From: a virus
Lineage: Duplodnaviria > Caudoviricetes
DNA length: 58,494 bases
Reading direction: 5' to 3' (one strand)
IMG/VR virus record: IMGVR_UViG_3300040664_000002
Span: 1-58,494 of that record
Made by a program: the position numbers and the translations under genes. Each line of letters begins with the position of its first letter. Positions within the stretch are counted from its first letter, which is position 1. Below are positions 1 through 8,431 of this stretch, in pieces. Under the pieces are notes generated by a model, which ran no database searches, was not told where the DNA came from, and was given only the letters and a program-made list of their open reading frames with translations.

Positions 1-140
1 CTCGGCGCTCCAGGCGGCGCTCCAGGCGGCGCTCCGGGCGGTCTCGGCGGCGCTCTCGGCGCTCCGGGCGGCGCTCCGGGCGGCGCTCCAGGCGGCGCTC
101 CGGGCGGCGCTCCGGGCGCTCTCGGCGGCGCTCTCGGCGC
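1..140. repeat. Coding tandem repeat of 9/12-bp units (GGCGCTCC[A/G]GGC, GGCGCTCTC); contig-end overlap
   Basis: 1-62 is identical to 58424-58485; 141-149 matches 58486-58494. Confidence 0.9.
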
Positions 141-612
141 AACCTCTCAACGGGCGAACGAGAGCGAGCACAGCATCGATCTTCGGACGCCACTCATCGT
201 TCAGGTTAGCCAGCGTGCTCTCGGCGTTCCACAACGCGAAGTCGAACACCTTCCATCGATCGGCACCACGGGCGAGCGCGTTGGTGAGCCCCCACATGCG
301 ATCGGAATGCGTCACCGATTCGTCCTCCGCCAGGTCTCGCGCGGTGAAGAACGCGCGCCCGTTCATATAGGCGGCCAGGCGGTCGTCTTTCCAGCATGCC
401 TTCCAGCCGCGCAGCATCTTCGGGGTGATTGCCACGATCGCGTTCAGATGCTTCGTGACTAGTTCACGCGAGCGCTCCACGGCGAGGGCGGAGCCTCGCG
501 CCTCCAGCGCGATGCTACATGCATCGGCGATTCTCGTATCATCGGCGTCGATGGCCTCGTTACGGAGTTGGTCGATCATCTCGTTTGTCAATGCATCGAT
601 GGTCAGCAGCAT
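1..612 (-). CDS. Low-complexity SAAW/SAAR/SAE-repeat phage protein, 5' part (continues across the circular junction at 58494->58193)
   Basis: Hand translation from ATG 612 is open to base 1: MLLTIDALTNEMIDQLRNEA...RGCAESAAESARSAARSAAWSAAR...; missing from the ORF track because it runs off the end. Confidence 0.8.
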   Translation of the reverse strand, partial: MLLTIDALTNEMIDQLRNEAIDADDTRIADACSIALEARGSALAVERSRELVTKHLNAIVAITPKMLRGWKACWKDDRLAAYMNGRAFFTARDLAEDESVTHSDRMWGLTNALARGADRWKVFDFALWNAESTLANLNDEWRPKIDAVLALVRPLRGCAESAAESARSAARSAAWSAARSAARSAESAAETARSAAWSAAWSAE

Positions 613-673
613 GATGCCTGTATACGACACCCGAGATGTTCCACCGGGTACGCGTCGGGTACGTCTGGGGTAG

Positions 674-703
674 TTGACATTCGACAGGTATCGTGCATAC
701 AGT
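674..703 (+). promoter_or_regulatory. sigma70-like promoter, probably leaderless
   Basis: TTGACA-18nt-TACAGT, ATG 709 lies 35 nt from the first T of -35; CGGGTACG direct repeats at 645-652 and 656-663. Confidence 0.65.
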
Positions 704-708
704 GAGGC

Positions 709-981
709 ATGCGCGATCAGGCTCCGCGAATGAAGGTGGTGGGTGCAAATGCGTTGACCACCTCGACGCTCAGGGATGAGCATCTCAGGGATCTGCGGTT
801 GTTCCTCGAGCCCACCACGGCGGCTCGGATAAACCGCTCTCGACGTCTGCTGTTCGAGCGGCTGGGGCTCGTGGCACGGACCGGAGTCGACCAGAATGTC
901 CGGCTCCGCAAGGCCGGCGCGAAGCTGCCGAGGATGTGGATGGCGACGGACGCAGGCAGGACGGTGCTCAGTGGCCGATGA
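709..981 (+). CDS. Hypothetical protein, possibly winged-helix-like
   Basis: First gene after promoter; LFERLGLV...WMATDAGR pattern. Confidence 0.6.
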   Translation: MRDQAPRMKVVGANALTTSTLRDEHLRDLRLFLEPTTAARINRSRRLLFERLGLVARTGVDQNVRLRKAGAKLPRMWMATDAGRTVLSGR

Positions 982-1441
982 TATCCACGTGGCGATCACC
1001 GCTACCAGCTGCGAGCCGACGGAGCGCGATGCTCCGAAGGCGGCAGCGCTGTTGCAGCAGCGTGATGCGATGGCGGCCGAAGTTCACGCCATCAACAGAG
1101 CCGCTGCACTGCGCACTGCAGGCGATGCGTACTTCACGCGCTGTGCCTGTGGATGGCAGGGTCTGCGCGTCGCTGACCCCGAGGTTGCGCGGCGCGAGTA
1201 CGACGTGCACAGCTGCCGGATGACAGGAGAGGTCGGCGTCCGGCTGCACCGCGTCGAGGAGTTGCCTCCGCAGTGGGCCGAGGAGACGAAGCGGAAGATC
1301 GAGGAAGCTGCCGATCTGATGCGCGAGCGCCAGCGTGAGGCAGTGGAACATCAGCGTTCGGAGTTCGCCGACTTCGCGAAGCGAGTGCACGGCGAGTCCG
1401 ATGACTTTGTGCAGCGCGTGCAGATGCTGGAGATGAAGTGA
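971..1441 (+). CDS. Hypothetical protein with CxCGW/HxC Zn motif
   Basis: GTG 971 in ORF 896-1441; chained overlap. Confidence 0.6.
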   Translation: MADDIHVAITATSCEPTERDAPKAAALLQQRDAMAAEVHAINRAAALRTAGDAYFTRCACGWQGLRVADPEVARREYDVHSCRMTGEVGVRLHRVEELPPQWAEETKRKIEEAADLMRERQREAVEHQRSEFADFAKRVHGESDDFVQRVQMLEMK

Positions 1442-1677
1442 AGCGACCCAGGATGCTGGAGCTGGTCACGGAGGCTATTTGGCGTTCTGGACCGGGTCCC
1501 GATGCGCTACTTGTTGTGACAGACGAGGAGTTTCACGACGAGTTCAAGAATGGTGGAGCGGGATCGGGATTCGTAGACCACGAGGGCTATCGTTGCTTCA
1601 TGGTCCAGCGCTACGGATCGAAGGTCTATGTGTCTTGTCCCAAGCTGAAGCTCGAGCCCGAGGTGCATGCATCATGA
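1438..1677 (+). CDS. Hypothetical protein
   Basis: GTGA/ATGA overlaps at both ends. Confidence 0.6.
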   Translation: MKRPRMLELVTEAIWRSGPGPDALLVVTDEEFHDEFKNGGAGSGFVDHEGYRCFMVQRYGSKVYVSCPKLKLEPEVHAS

Positions 1678-1829
1678 CAACCGCTCGTGAGAAGCCGAAG
1701 AAGCCGATCTGTAAGTGCGGCACCGTCGTTGACGGATTGTCGTCGTACTTCGGTGTCCCGCTGCACCTGAAGAAGTCTAAGGCTGGATTTGAGTCCTATC
1801 GCGTCTGCCCGTCGTGGTCCGGCGTATGA
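1674..1829 (+). CDS. Small hypothetical Cys/His protein
   Basis: ATGA-coupled start at 1674. Confidence 0.55.
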   Translation: MTTAREKPKKPICKCGTVVDGLSSYFGVPLHLKKSKAGFESYRVCPSWSGV

Positions 1830-2056
1830 CCGCCCGCGACGTCTTCGTGGTGTTCCGTGACGCGAACAACCTACAGTGGGTGGACTCGCCTGCTGAGTTG
1901 CTGACGTACGCACGCATGGATGAGATGCCGGGCGGCAGACGGTTCGCCGCTGCGCTGCTCGGTCTGGAGATTCACCCGCAAGCGGCCATGGTGAGCAGGG
2001 AGATCCTGCTACCCGGTAACTCTCGGCATGAAACAGCCGCCGGCGGGACTTTATGA
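1826..2056 (+). CDS. Hypothetical protein
   Basis: ATGA coupling at both ends. Confidence 0.55.
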   Translation: MTARDVFVVFRDANNLQWVDSPAELLTYARMDEMPGGRRFAAALLGLEIHPQAAMVSREILLPGNSRHETAAGGTL

Positions 2057-2346
2057 TGCTCATCGCTGAAGAGCAGCGACTCCGTGCGTACGTGCTTGGA
2101 CCCGGCTACCCGCCGGGCAGCGAGTGGTGCGAGGCCCTCATCTCCACGGGGCTGCGCTACGCCGTGCCCCGCCTCACCGGAGGACGCGACCTGTGGGACG
2201 GCACCGTGACGGTCAAGAGCCTCGCGCTAGCGATGCAGCGGTTCGAGCGGATGCGGCAGGCCTACGCGGAGATGTCCAGCGAGGAGCAGTCCGCCGTGTG
2301 GGCGGATCCGGACATGGCCGAGATGCGCAGGGCGGTGCGGCGGTGA
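2053..2346 (+). CDS. Hypothetical protein
   Basis: Coupled chain, GC3-rich codons. Confidence 0.6.
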   Translation: MMLIAEEQRLRAYVLGPGYPPGSEWCEALISTGLRYAVPRLTGGRDLWDGTVTVKSLALAMQRFERMRQAYAEMSSEEQSAVWADPDMAEMRRAVRR

Positions 2347-2615
2347 TGGAATGCGTTGCCGCTCGCGGATTCGCGTTCGACCTCCAATATCGTCCGTTCT
2401 GTGTGGACACCAGCCATGCGCGCAGCGGCTCTGCGTGGCCAGCGCCATGGAGAGCGCGCATCCGGCCTTCGCACTGCACGAGACAGGACTACAGGCTCAC
2501 CGCGTACGGTGACACCGCGGATGCGGCTGTTGCGGCCCTATACGGGAAGGTTGATGCAGTCGATCGAGCGGTCAATCTGGTTGCCAGGGCGAAGAATGAC
2601 TGGAGTCGTCGATGA
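2343..2615 (+). CDS. Hypothetical protein
   Basis: GTGATG start overlapping upstream stop. Confidence 0.55.
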   Translation: MMECVAARGFAFDLQYRPFCVDTSHARSGSAWPAPWRARIRPSHCTRQDYRLTAYGDTADAAVAALYGKVDAVDRAVNLVARAKNDWSRR

Positions 2616-2992
2616 ACTACACGCCATCCGAGCAGGCTGAATACGACGCCGCGTTCTTCCGTGCATCTCGCGGATACAAGCGCCCAGCCGTGGAGCGCTA
2701 TCTCCGCGTCGAGTTCGAACTGCCCGATGGCGGTGTCGTCGACTTTGGCGTGGAGGATCGCGAGGAGAAGGACTGGCCAGAAGCAGCCGAGAAGGCAATG
2801 CACTGGATTCTTCGACATGCATGCGATTGCGACGGTCACGACGCCAGGGACATAGCCAAGCGAATCGAGGAGGGAGTACTGGCGTGGTTCCCGCATCGCT
2901 ACTGGTTCGCCGAGGTCTGGACCCCGGGCAGCGACGGCGTGAAGCGCTACCAGGTCATCCAGCCGGCCGTGGTTGGAGGGTTTCGACGATGA
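2612..2992 (+). CDS. Hypothetical protein
   Basis: ATGA-coupled 126-aa ORF. Confidence 0.6.
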   Translation: MNYTPSEQAEYDAAFFRASRGYKRPAVERYLRVEFELPDGGVVDFGVEDREEKDWPEAAEKAMHWILRHACDCDGHDARDIAKRIEEGVLAWFPHRYWFAEVWTPGSDGVKRYQVIQPAVVGGFRR

Positions 2993-3198
2993 CCACTGCA
3001 GCCACGCTCACCGATGCGCAGATCCGCGATGAGTGGAACCACTCTGGCCTTACGCTGGACGAGGACTGCTACTACGCGCTCAAGCGCAACGCGAGGATGC
3101 GGATCATGCTGCAGGGCGACGACGATTTCTCGCTGTTCTGCGAGTGGCGAGCGGCCCATGTGGCAGCACGTATCAACCGGCGCAGTGGTGCCGTATGA
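2989..3198 (+). CDS. Hypothetical protein (TLTDAQIR...AARINR family)
   Basis: ATGA-coupled, GGAGG upstream. Confidence 0.6.
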   Translation: MTTAATLTDAQIRDEWNHSGLTLDEDCYYALKRNARMRIMLQGDDDFSLFCEWRAAHVAARINRRSGAV

Positions 3199-3635
3199 TC
3201 CGCGCGCCTCGGCCATCGGACCAGGGGTTCATCGCGGCGACGTGGTCCCGCTCGATGTTGTCGAGCCACGTCAGCCAGCGTCACCTTAGGTCGCGGACGG
3301 GGCAACAGATCAGCGCGCAGATCGACCGCGTGCTCGACCGTCCGGACACCCGCGCCCTCGTGTGCTGTCCGGATGCGGCCATCGATACCATCTACGGGTG
3401 GCTGCTCTACGTCGAGGGGCCGCGCACGCCGGTGGTGCACTATGCTTACTCTAGGCATCGCTCATCCGACGGAACGTTGCTCCGCGGACGTGGCATCATG
3501 TCAGCTCTGCTTGCTGAAATTGGCGTGACGCGCAACAGTCCCGTCGTCTGCACGTCAAACGGACCAGCATCAGAGGTGATTCGTGGGATCTTCAAGGCGA
3601 GTGTGTTCATGCCATTGGATGAGTTTCTGAAATGA
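3195..3635 (+). CDS. GNAT-family acetyltransferase-like protein
   Basis: MIRAPRPSDQGFI start, IYGWLL strand, VHYAY...RGRGIMSALL acetyl-CoA-binding motif A. Confidence 0.65.
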   Translation: MIRAPRPSDQGFIAATWSRSMLSSHVSQRHLRSRTGQQISAQIDRVLDRPDTRALVCCPDAAIDTIYGWLLYVEGPRTPVVHYAYSRHRSSDGTLLRGRGIMSALLAEIGVTRNSPVVCTSNGPASEVIRGIFKASVFMPLDEFLK

Positions 3636-4045
3636 AGTGGGGAGATCAAAGGCTTCCGGATGCCTTCTGGGACAGGGTCGTTCCTGAACCGATGAGCGGA
3701 TGCTGGCTATGGATCGGCGGAGCCACCGTGGCCGGCTATGGTGTGTTCAAGAGAAAGTACACGCACAGAATTTCGCTTGGGGTGACATCTCATATACCGA
3801 AGGGCATGCATACAGATCACCTATGCAGGGTTGTTTCATGCTGCAACCCTGACCACCTCGAGGTCGTGACCCCCAGGGAGAACATAGTCCGCGGGATGAA
3901 AGGATCGATGAGGACGCACTGCAAGCATGAGCATGAATACACTCCAGATAACACATGGAGGCATCCCGACGGATGCCGGTATTGCAGGAAATGCAAACTG
4001 ATTGCGAACAGCAAATTTTACCATGCTACGAAAGGCCTGAAGTGA
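3632..4045 (+). CDS. HNH homing endonuclease
   Basis: SGCWLWIG, YTHR, DHLCRVVSCCNPDHLEVVTPREN, THCKHEH..CRKC; visibly more AT-rich than neighbours. Confidence 0.9.
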   Translation: MKWGDQRLPDAFWDRVVPEPMSGCWLWIGGATVAGYGVFKRKYTHRISLGVTSHIPKGMHTDHLCRVVSCCNPDHLEVVTPRENIVRGMKGSMRTHCKHEHEYTPDNTWRHPDGCRYCRKCKLIANSKFYHATKGLK

Positions 4046-4380
4046 AGATCGAAATGCTCGGTGACCGTATGCTCGTGCGGCCGCTCAAGTCCAATGAGCG
4101 CACGCGCTCCAACCTGCTGTTCATCCCGGAGACGTCACGCGACGGCACACCATGGGTGAATGCCGAGGTGGTCCACGTCGGTCCCGGTGGCTACTCGAGC
4201 GCTGGTGCGCTCATCCCGATGCAGTGCAAGGAAGGGGATGTCATCATCTTCTTCCGGCAGCAGGCGACGGGTGAGCAGATGGTGGTGCCCGATGGTGACG
4301 AGGAGCTGCTCTGCATCCGACAGAACCACGTGCTCGGTATCCTGCGGGATCTGTCGGCGATTCAAGTGGTGTCCGCGTGA
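4042..4380 (+). CDS. groES: GroES/Cpn10-like co-chaperonin
   Basis: MLGDRMLVRP, FIPETS, AEVVHVGPG, IPMQCKEGDVIIF, IRQNHVLGIL match the GroES pattern. Confidence 0.85.
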   Translation: MKIEMLGDRMLVRPLKSNERTRSNLLFIPETSRDGTPWVNAEVVHVGPGGYSSAGALIPMQCKEGDVIIFFRQQATGEQMVVPDGDEELLCIRQNHVLGILRDLSAIQVVSA

Positions 4381-4688
4381 AGCGCGCATGGCGCTGGCTG
4401 ACGCAGCTGTTCCGCCGGAAGCCTGTGGCGCTGGCAGTACCGAGCGTCTACGCGGAGCCAAACGTTAGCCGGGTCAGGGAGGTCAGCGACATCCATAGGA
4501 ACGAAGGGTGGAATGATCTCGCCTGGGACATGCACGAGATGGCGCTGACCTGTGACGGGATGAACGACGGGACGACCAACTGGGCGAAGTCGTACAAGAG
4601 GCCAGCCGTCCAGGTGTACGATGGGGCAAGAGCGGAACGCGTCCGTAACATTCGAGCCAAGTACCAACTCAAGGACGGTGATTCGTGA
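4377..4688 (+). CDS. Hypothetical protein
   Basis: GTGA-coupled chain. Confidence 0.55.
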   Translation: MKRAWRWLTQLFRRKPVALAVPSVYAEPNVSRVREVSDIHRNEGWNDLAWDMHEMALTCDGMNDGTTNWAKSYKRPAVQVYDGARAERVRNIRAKYQLKDGDS

Positions 4689-4921
4689 TTCTGAACGTCC
4701 ACTTCATCCATCCGCTCATCGTTGGAGGCCAGACGATGACCGACTGGTCGTCGGCGAAGAACAGCGGGCAGGTCAATGCGCAGTGCACGCTTGAGGACCG
4801 TGGACCGCTCGGCGTGGTCGTGCGGTTCCGCGGCGGGGCGACCGCACACGACATCGAGGTCCCGCGGTCCAACATCAGCCAGATCACCCGCATGGCGGAT
4901 GAGAAGGAGAAGAAGAAGTGA
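4685..4921 (+). CDS. Hypothetical protein
   Basis: GTGA-coupled chain. Confidence 0.6.
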   Translation: MILNVHFIHPLIVGGQTMTDWSSAKNSGQVNAQCTLEDRGPLGVVVRFRGGATAHDIEVPRSNISQITRMADEKEKKK

Positions 4922-5006
4922 AGCTACGCATGCCGGATGCTGGTGATGTTCTCTGCTGGGCGGCAGTCATCGCGCTGTCGATCGCCATGCTCAGGAACGT
5001 GCTGTC

Positions 5007-5729
5007 GTGAGCGTCATACTCATCGGCCCCAGCGAGCCATGGGACGATGAGGTTCCGACGACGGCGACGAGCGTTCCATGTCCCGAGCAGGATATGCCGT
5101 GCCAGAAGTGCGGTAATCCGCATCGCGGACGGAGCAGCGCCTACGACGGCTACACGTGCGGCAGCTGTCACGCGTTCGAGTCGCACATGGACGCGCATGG
5201 TCGGCTCGTCGCGCTCAGGAAGTTTGTGGATGATCTGCGGGTGCTGGCGGCGCAGCAGGATGCGGCCGGGATTACGCAGCGTGGCCCCATCGACTGGGCG
5301 AACCTCAAGAAGGCTCCCAGCGGTCCTTACGCCGTGTCCCAGCCCGACGGCTGGACGAACCAGTGGGCGCAGGGCGTTGCTCGAATCCAGGACACCGAGA
5401 AGGCTTACCCCGTCGGGGACATGATCAAACGTCGCTGGGACGAGCACTATCTAGGGGCGAAGTACTACGCCCTTATGCCGAGCGATCCGCCGGCTCCTTC
5501 CGTCGATCCGCTGGACGTGAAGATCGACGGCGTGACGCTGCGCCGACTGCTAGAGATGGACGAGAACCACCGGCGCGAGCACATCGTCGGCGCGATCATC
5601 GGCCCTGCCCAGCGCGATGCCATCTCCGCCTACTGGTCGGCGCAGCTGCGGGCGAAGGTCGCGGCCACGAAGAAAGCCGATGCCGAGCGCGAGCGCAATC
5701 GGGTAACCTACTGCGAGGAGGACGACTGA
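5007..5729 (+). CDS. Hypothetical protein with two CxxC motifs
   Basis: 240-aa ORF, CQKC/CGSC. Confidence 0.6.
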   Translation: MSVILIGPSEPWDDEVPTTATSVPCPEQDMPCQKCGNPHRGRSSAYDGYTCGSCHAFESHMDAHGRLVALRKFVDDLRVLAAQQDAAGITQRGPIDWANLKKAPSGPYAVSQPDGWTNQWAQGVARIQDTEKAYPVGDMIKRRWDEHYLGAKYYALMPSDPPAPSVDPLDVKIDGVTLRRLLEMDENHRREHIVGAIIGPAQRDAISAYWSAQLRAKVAATKKADAERERNRVTYCEEDD

Positions 5730-5730
5730 C

Positions 5731-5919
5731 ATGACCATGGTGAAGCGCAACGAGGTGAACAAGGCGATGATCGCCGCCGCGAAGGTGATGCCCGACGCCA
5801 AGGCTGACGAGGACACCGACAGCAAGCGGTCCACGGACTCGGACCTGTCCAAGGCCGCCGAGGCTCCGGTCAAGCCGCTGGGTGGCGCGCCTGCCCGTCT
5901 GCCAGGGTACGGGAAGTGA
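5731..5919 (+). CDS. Small hypothetical protein
   Basis: GAGGAGG upstream, strong codon bias. Confidence 0.6.
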   Translation: MTMVKRNEVNKAMIAAAKVMPDAKADEDTDSKRSTDSDLSKAAEAPVKPLGGAPARLPGYGK

Positions 5920-6332
5920 GTAGCGTGGCTGACCGGTCCGATTGGACCAACATCGACGGTGATTCCACGAACAATCAGCCACGAATGAGCCAGCGTGCCA
6001 GGGACCTCATCAACCACCAGATGCCGGGCTATCTGGAGCGCGAGGCCAAGCGCCAGGAACTCGCTGATGCCCATGCGGCGCCCATCGACCTGGACGCATC
6101 GCTGTCGGATGCCGCCCTGGCCAGCTCTGCCGCGCGGCAGGATGTGCAGACCGGCGAGGGGCTTGTGCTGTCCGGTGCCGAGCTCGCCGCGTACCTGCGG
6201 TTCCGCGATGCCGCCATGCTGGCGAAGCGTGCACAGGTCGGGATGACCGAGGCGTCATCCGCGATGCGCGAGGCGATCGCCGAGCTTGCGCGGGCTGTTC
6301 CCGTGTTCGATGAGGCAGAGTGGAAGAAGTAG
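5916..6332 (+). CDS. Hypothetical protein
   Basis: GTGA-coupled. Confidence 0.6.
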   Translation: MSSVADRSDWTNIDGDSTNNQPRMSQRARDLINHQMPGYLEREAKRQELADAHAAPIDLDASLSDAALASSAARQDVQTGEGLVLSGAELAAYLRFRDAAMLAKRAQVGMTEASSAMREAIAELARAVPVFDEAEWKK

Positions 6333-6547
6333 CGCCGTGCAAGCGCTGCGGCGAGGCCACGGATCACCGCGTCGAACTGACTGGAGCGATGAGCCTGACG
6401 ATGGCCATGTGCGAGCGCTGTGCTGATGAGAAGTTCACCGACATCCGCAGCGTGAGTCACACGTTCGACTCACTGCTGAAGTGCGGTGTGGACCGCGCCA
6501 TGGCAAACCGCATCATGGTCCAGCAGATCACGGGCATGCCGTCGTGA
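6320..6547 (+). CDS. Small Zn-finger protein
   Basis: CKRC...CERC. Confidence 0.55.
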   Translation: MEEVAPCKRCGEATDHRVELTGAMSLTMAMCERCADEKFTDIRSVSHTFDSLLKCGVDRAMANRIMVQQITGMPS

Positions 6548-6765
6548 TTCACGTCGAGTGCGACAGGCTGGACGGAGCCACGTTCTGCGGAGGCAGATGG
6601 CACGACGGAGATGTGCAACATGGGACATGGGCAAATGACCCGTCGCAGATCCAGCGAGCCGACTGCACCGATTGCCTGCGAAAGCTGATCGAGATTGGTA
6701 AGCATGCAGATGCTCGGTTGTGGGAGATCGATAGGGACTACCGATGCGAAGGGAACGACGAGTGA
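6544..6765 (+). CDS. Small H-C-CxxC protein, paralog A
   Basis: VIHV...DPSQIQRADCTDCLRKL shared with next gene. Confidence 0.7.
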   Translation: MIHVECDRLDGATFCGGRWHDGDVQHGTWANDPSQIQRADCTDCLRKLIEIGKHADARLWEIDRDYRCEGNDE

Positions 6766-7004
6766 TTCACGTTAGCGCCGATGAGTTCTACGACGTTGCG
6801 ATGTGCGGAGCCGACATCGGAAACGGAGAACTCAAACTCGGTGTCGTTGCGATGCGTGAGTGGTTCACCGATCCATCGCAGATCCAGCGCGCCACCTGCC
6901 CGGAGTGTCTGCTGAAGCTGTTCATGCTCGGCGACAGCGCGCAGATCGCCCTGGCCCGGATGGGAATGAAGGTCGACGTTCGCAACGAGGAGGAGATTGC
7001 ATGA
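6762..7004 (+). CDS. Small H-C-CxxC protein, paralog B
   Basis: VIHV...DPSQIQRATCPECLLKL. Confidence 0.7.
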   Translation: MIHVSADEFYDVAMCGADIGNGELKLGVVAMREWFTDPSQIQRATCPECLLKLFMLGDSAQIALARMGMKVDVRNEEEIA

Positions 7005-7522
7005 GCGAGTCGGGACTCAGGCCCAAGGGAACCGTAGAGCGGCAGTGCGATACGTGCGGATGGAGCGCATGGTACGATCCGTTGAGTATGGAGGCCAGTG
7101 CGGATCTGGATCAGATTATCTGCATGGCGTGCCGAACAAACCCTATGGTTACGTTCAAGTGCACGGCGTGCAACCGGACATCGGCCAAGACGCATCTCGA
7201 ACTGGCGGCAGATCACAAGGACTACGCTACCAACTGCTACGAGTGCATCGCGGCCGGCGTCAAACCTCGCGAGTTCGCGAAGGAGGTGTACTGCTGGGCT
7301 CACTTCGACGGCGAGCGTCCGATTGCCACGCAACTCAAGAGATTCGGCGGAAAACCAACCAGGCCCTGGGCATGGCAAACGCACTACCACGTCTGTGATG
7401 CGTGCGCGGCCGACTGGATCCATGACCTATCGGAGGATGAACAGAAGGCAGCTCTCAGGAAGCGCGGAGTTCGCGTTACCGAGCATACGGATGGCAGCTG
7501 GTCATACGGAGGCAGAGCATGA
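7001..7522 (+). CDS. Multi-CxxC Zn-binding protein
   Basis: Five CxxC motifs; GAGGAGGAG RBS. Confidence 0.65.
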   Translation: MSESGLRPKGTVERQCDTCGWSAWYDPLSMEASADLDQIICMACRTNPMVTFKCTACNRTSAKTHLELAADHKDYATNCYECIAAGVKPREFAKEVYCWAHFDGERPIATQLKRFGGKPTRPWAWQTHYHVCDACAADWIHDLSEDEQKAALRKRGVRVTEHTDGSWSYGGRA

Positions 7523-7851
7523 GTGACATCGACGACATGACCATCGAGGAGCGAGACGAGGAGATCGAGCGCCTGTTCAAGCTCGGCGAGGGCCAGACCG
7601 GCGTGGAGAAGTCATGCCCGATGTGCAGCGCTCGGTTCACGCCGCGGTCGCTGAACGATGTGACCTGGGACGACTTCCACCTGAACACGTGCTCGACGGA
7701 GTGCCAGGGCCGCTACAACACGCGCATCTTCGCGCTGGATGGTGGTCGCTCCATCGTGACCATCAAGGATCTATCGCCTGAGACAGCCGCATCGCTGCTC
7801 GGCGAAGTGGGACTCGGTGTGGTGGGCTCGCGGAAGGTGATGCAGTCGTGA
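7519..7851 (+). CDS. Hypothetical protein with CxxC...CSxxC finger
   Basis: CPMC...CSTEC. Confidence 0.6.
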   Translation: MSDIDDMTIEERDEEIERLFKLGEGQTGVEKSCPMCSARFTPRSLNDVTWDDFHLNTCSTECQGRYNTRIFALDGGRSIVTIKDLSPETAASLLGEVGLGVVGSRKVMQS

Positions 7852-8039
7852 TCTGGTATCAGTGGATCGCTCTGCTGTGGATGGCGTCGGTTGTCGTCGT
7901 GTGCGGTGGTCACGTTATGGTTCAGATGCTTCGTGCTCTCCGAGAGCAGGAGGATGTTGAACGCGTCTCTCCTCAGTTCCTAATACTGGCCGTGTCCGGC
8001 GTGTTCACGGCGATGGCGTTCTATGGGGTCCAGTGGTAG
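7848..8039 (+). CDS. Small two-TM membrane protein
   Basis: Two hydrophobic segments. Confidence 0.55.
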   Translation: MIWYQWIALLWMASVVVVCGGHVMVQMLRALREQEDVERVSPQFLILAVSGVFTAMAFYGVQW

Positions 8040-8395
8040 GCGAGTTCTATGATAGCTTCATCCGTGGTGAGGATGGCGATATCGACGTCAACGACGCCAT
8101 TGGCAGGGCTGATGAGGTAGCTGTCATCCATGGCGGGTGGTTGCTTACTAAGACTGAAGACGGCAGGGTCAGCTTTGCGGTTCTCGAACTCGAGAAGGGC
8201 GAATCGACGAACTGCGATGGCGTGATCGTTGCCGGACCTACCGCGCGGATTATCATTCGTGGAGTTGGATACATCGGTCTCCGCGAACTGCGCCACACGT
8301 GGTGGGGCGATGATGATGCGTACATCTTCTATCCAAACGGCAAGGTGATCGCAGCTGCGTTTGTCGCGCTCGGGAAGTGGTTCGACTGTGATTGA
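8033..8395 (+). CDS. Hypothetical protein
   Basis: 120-aa globular-looking ORF. Confidence 0.6.
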   Translation: MVGEFYDSFIRGEDGDIDVNDAIGRADEVAVIHGGWLLTKTEDGRVSFAVLELEKGESTNCDGVIVAGPTARIIIRGVGYIGLRELRHTWWGDDDAYIFYPNGKVIAAAFVALGKWFDCD

Positions 8396-8431
8396 CGCCG
8401 CACCAGCTGCGCGGTTCGTCGACCGCTGGCG
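8392..8431 (+). promoter_or_regulatory. Conserved element upstream of terminase (copy 1 of 2)
   Basis: TGACGCCGCACCAGCTGCGCG-N12-CTGGCG; 29/39 identical to 11414-11452. Confidence 0.7.

Noticed and set aside
1-140. Terminal repeats as a CRISPR array or true phage DTR
   Set aside because: No unique spacers, units are multiples of 3 inside a gene, and the two ends are not identical.
2612-2992. QueD-like / DNA-modification enzyme
   Set aside because: Only a vague C-terminal resemblance, catalytic His motifs absent, no other 7-deazaguanine genes.
3632-4045. HNH gene as part of a group I intron
   Set aside because: Free-standing, coupled to intact neighbours on both sides, interrupts no gene.
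8033-8395. TGA readthrough fusing this ORF to terL
   Set aside because: It is in frame, but the equivalent upstream frame at the portal looks non-coding, so readthrough cannot explain both copies of the element.
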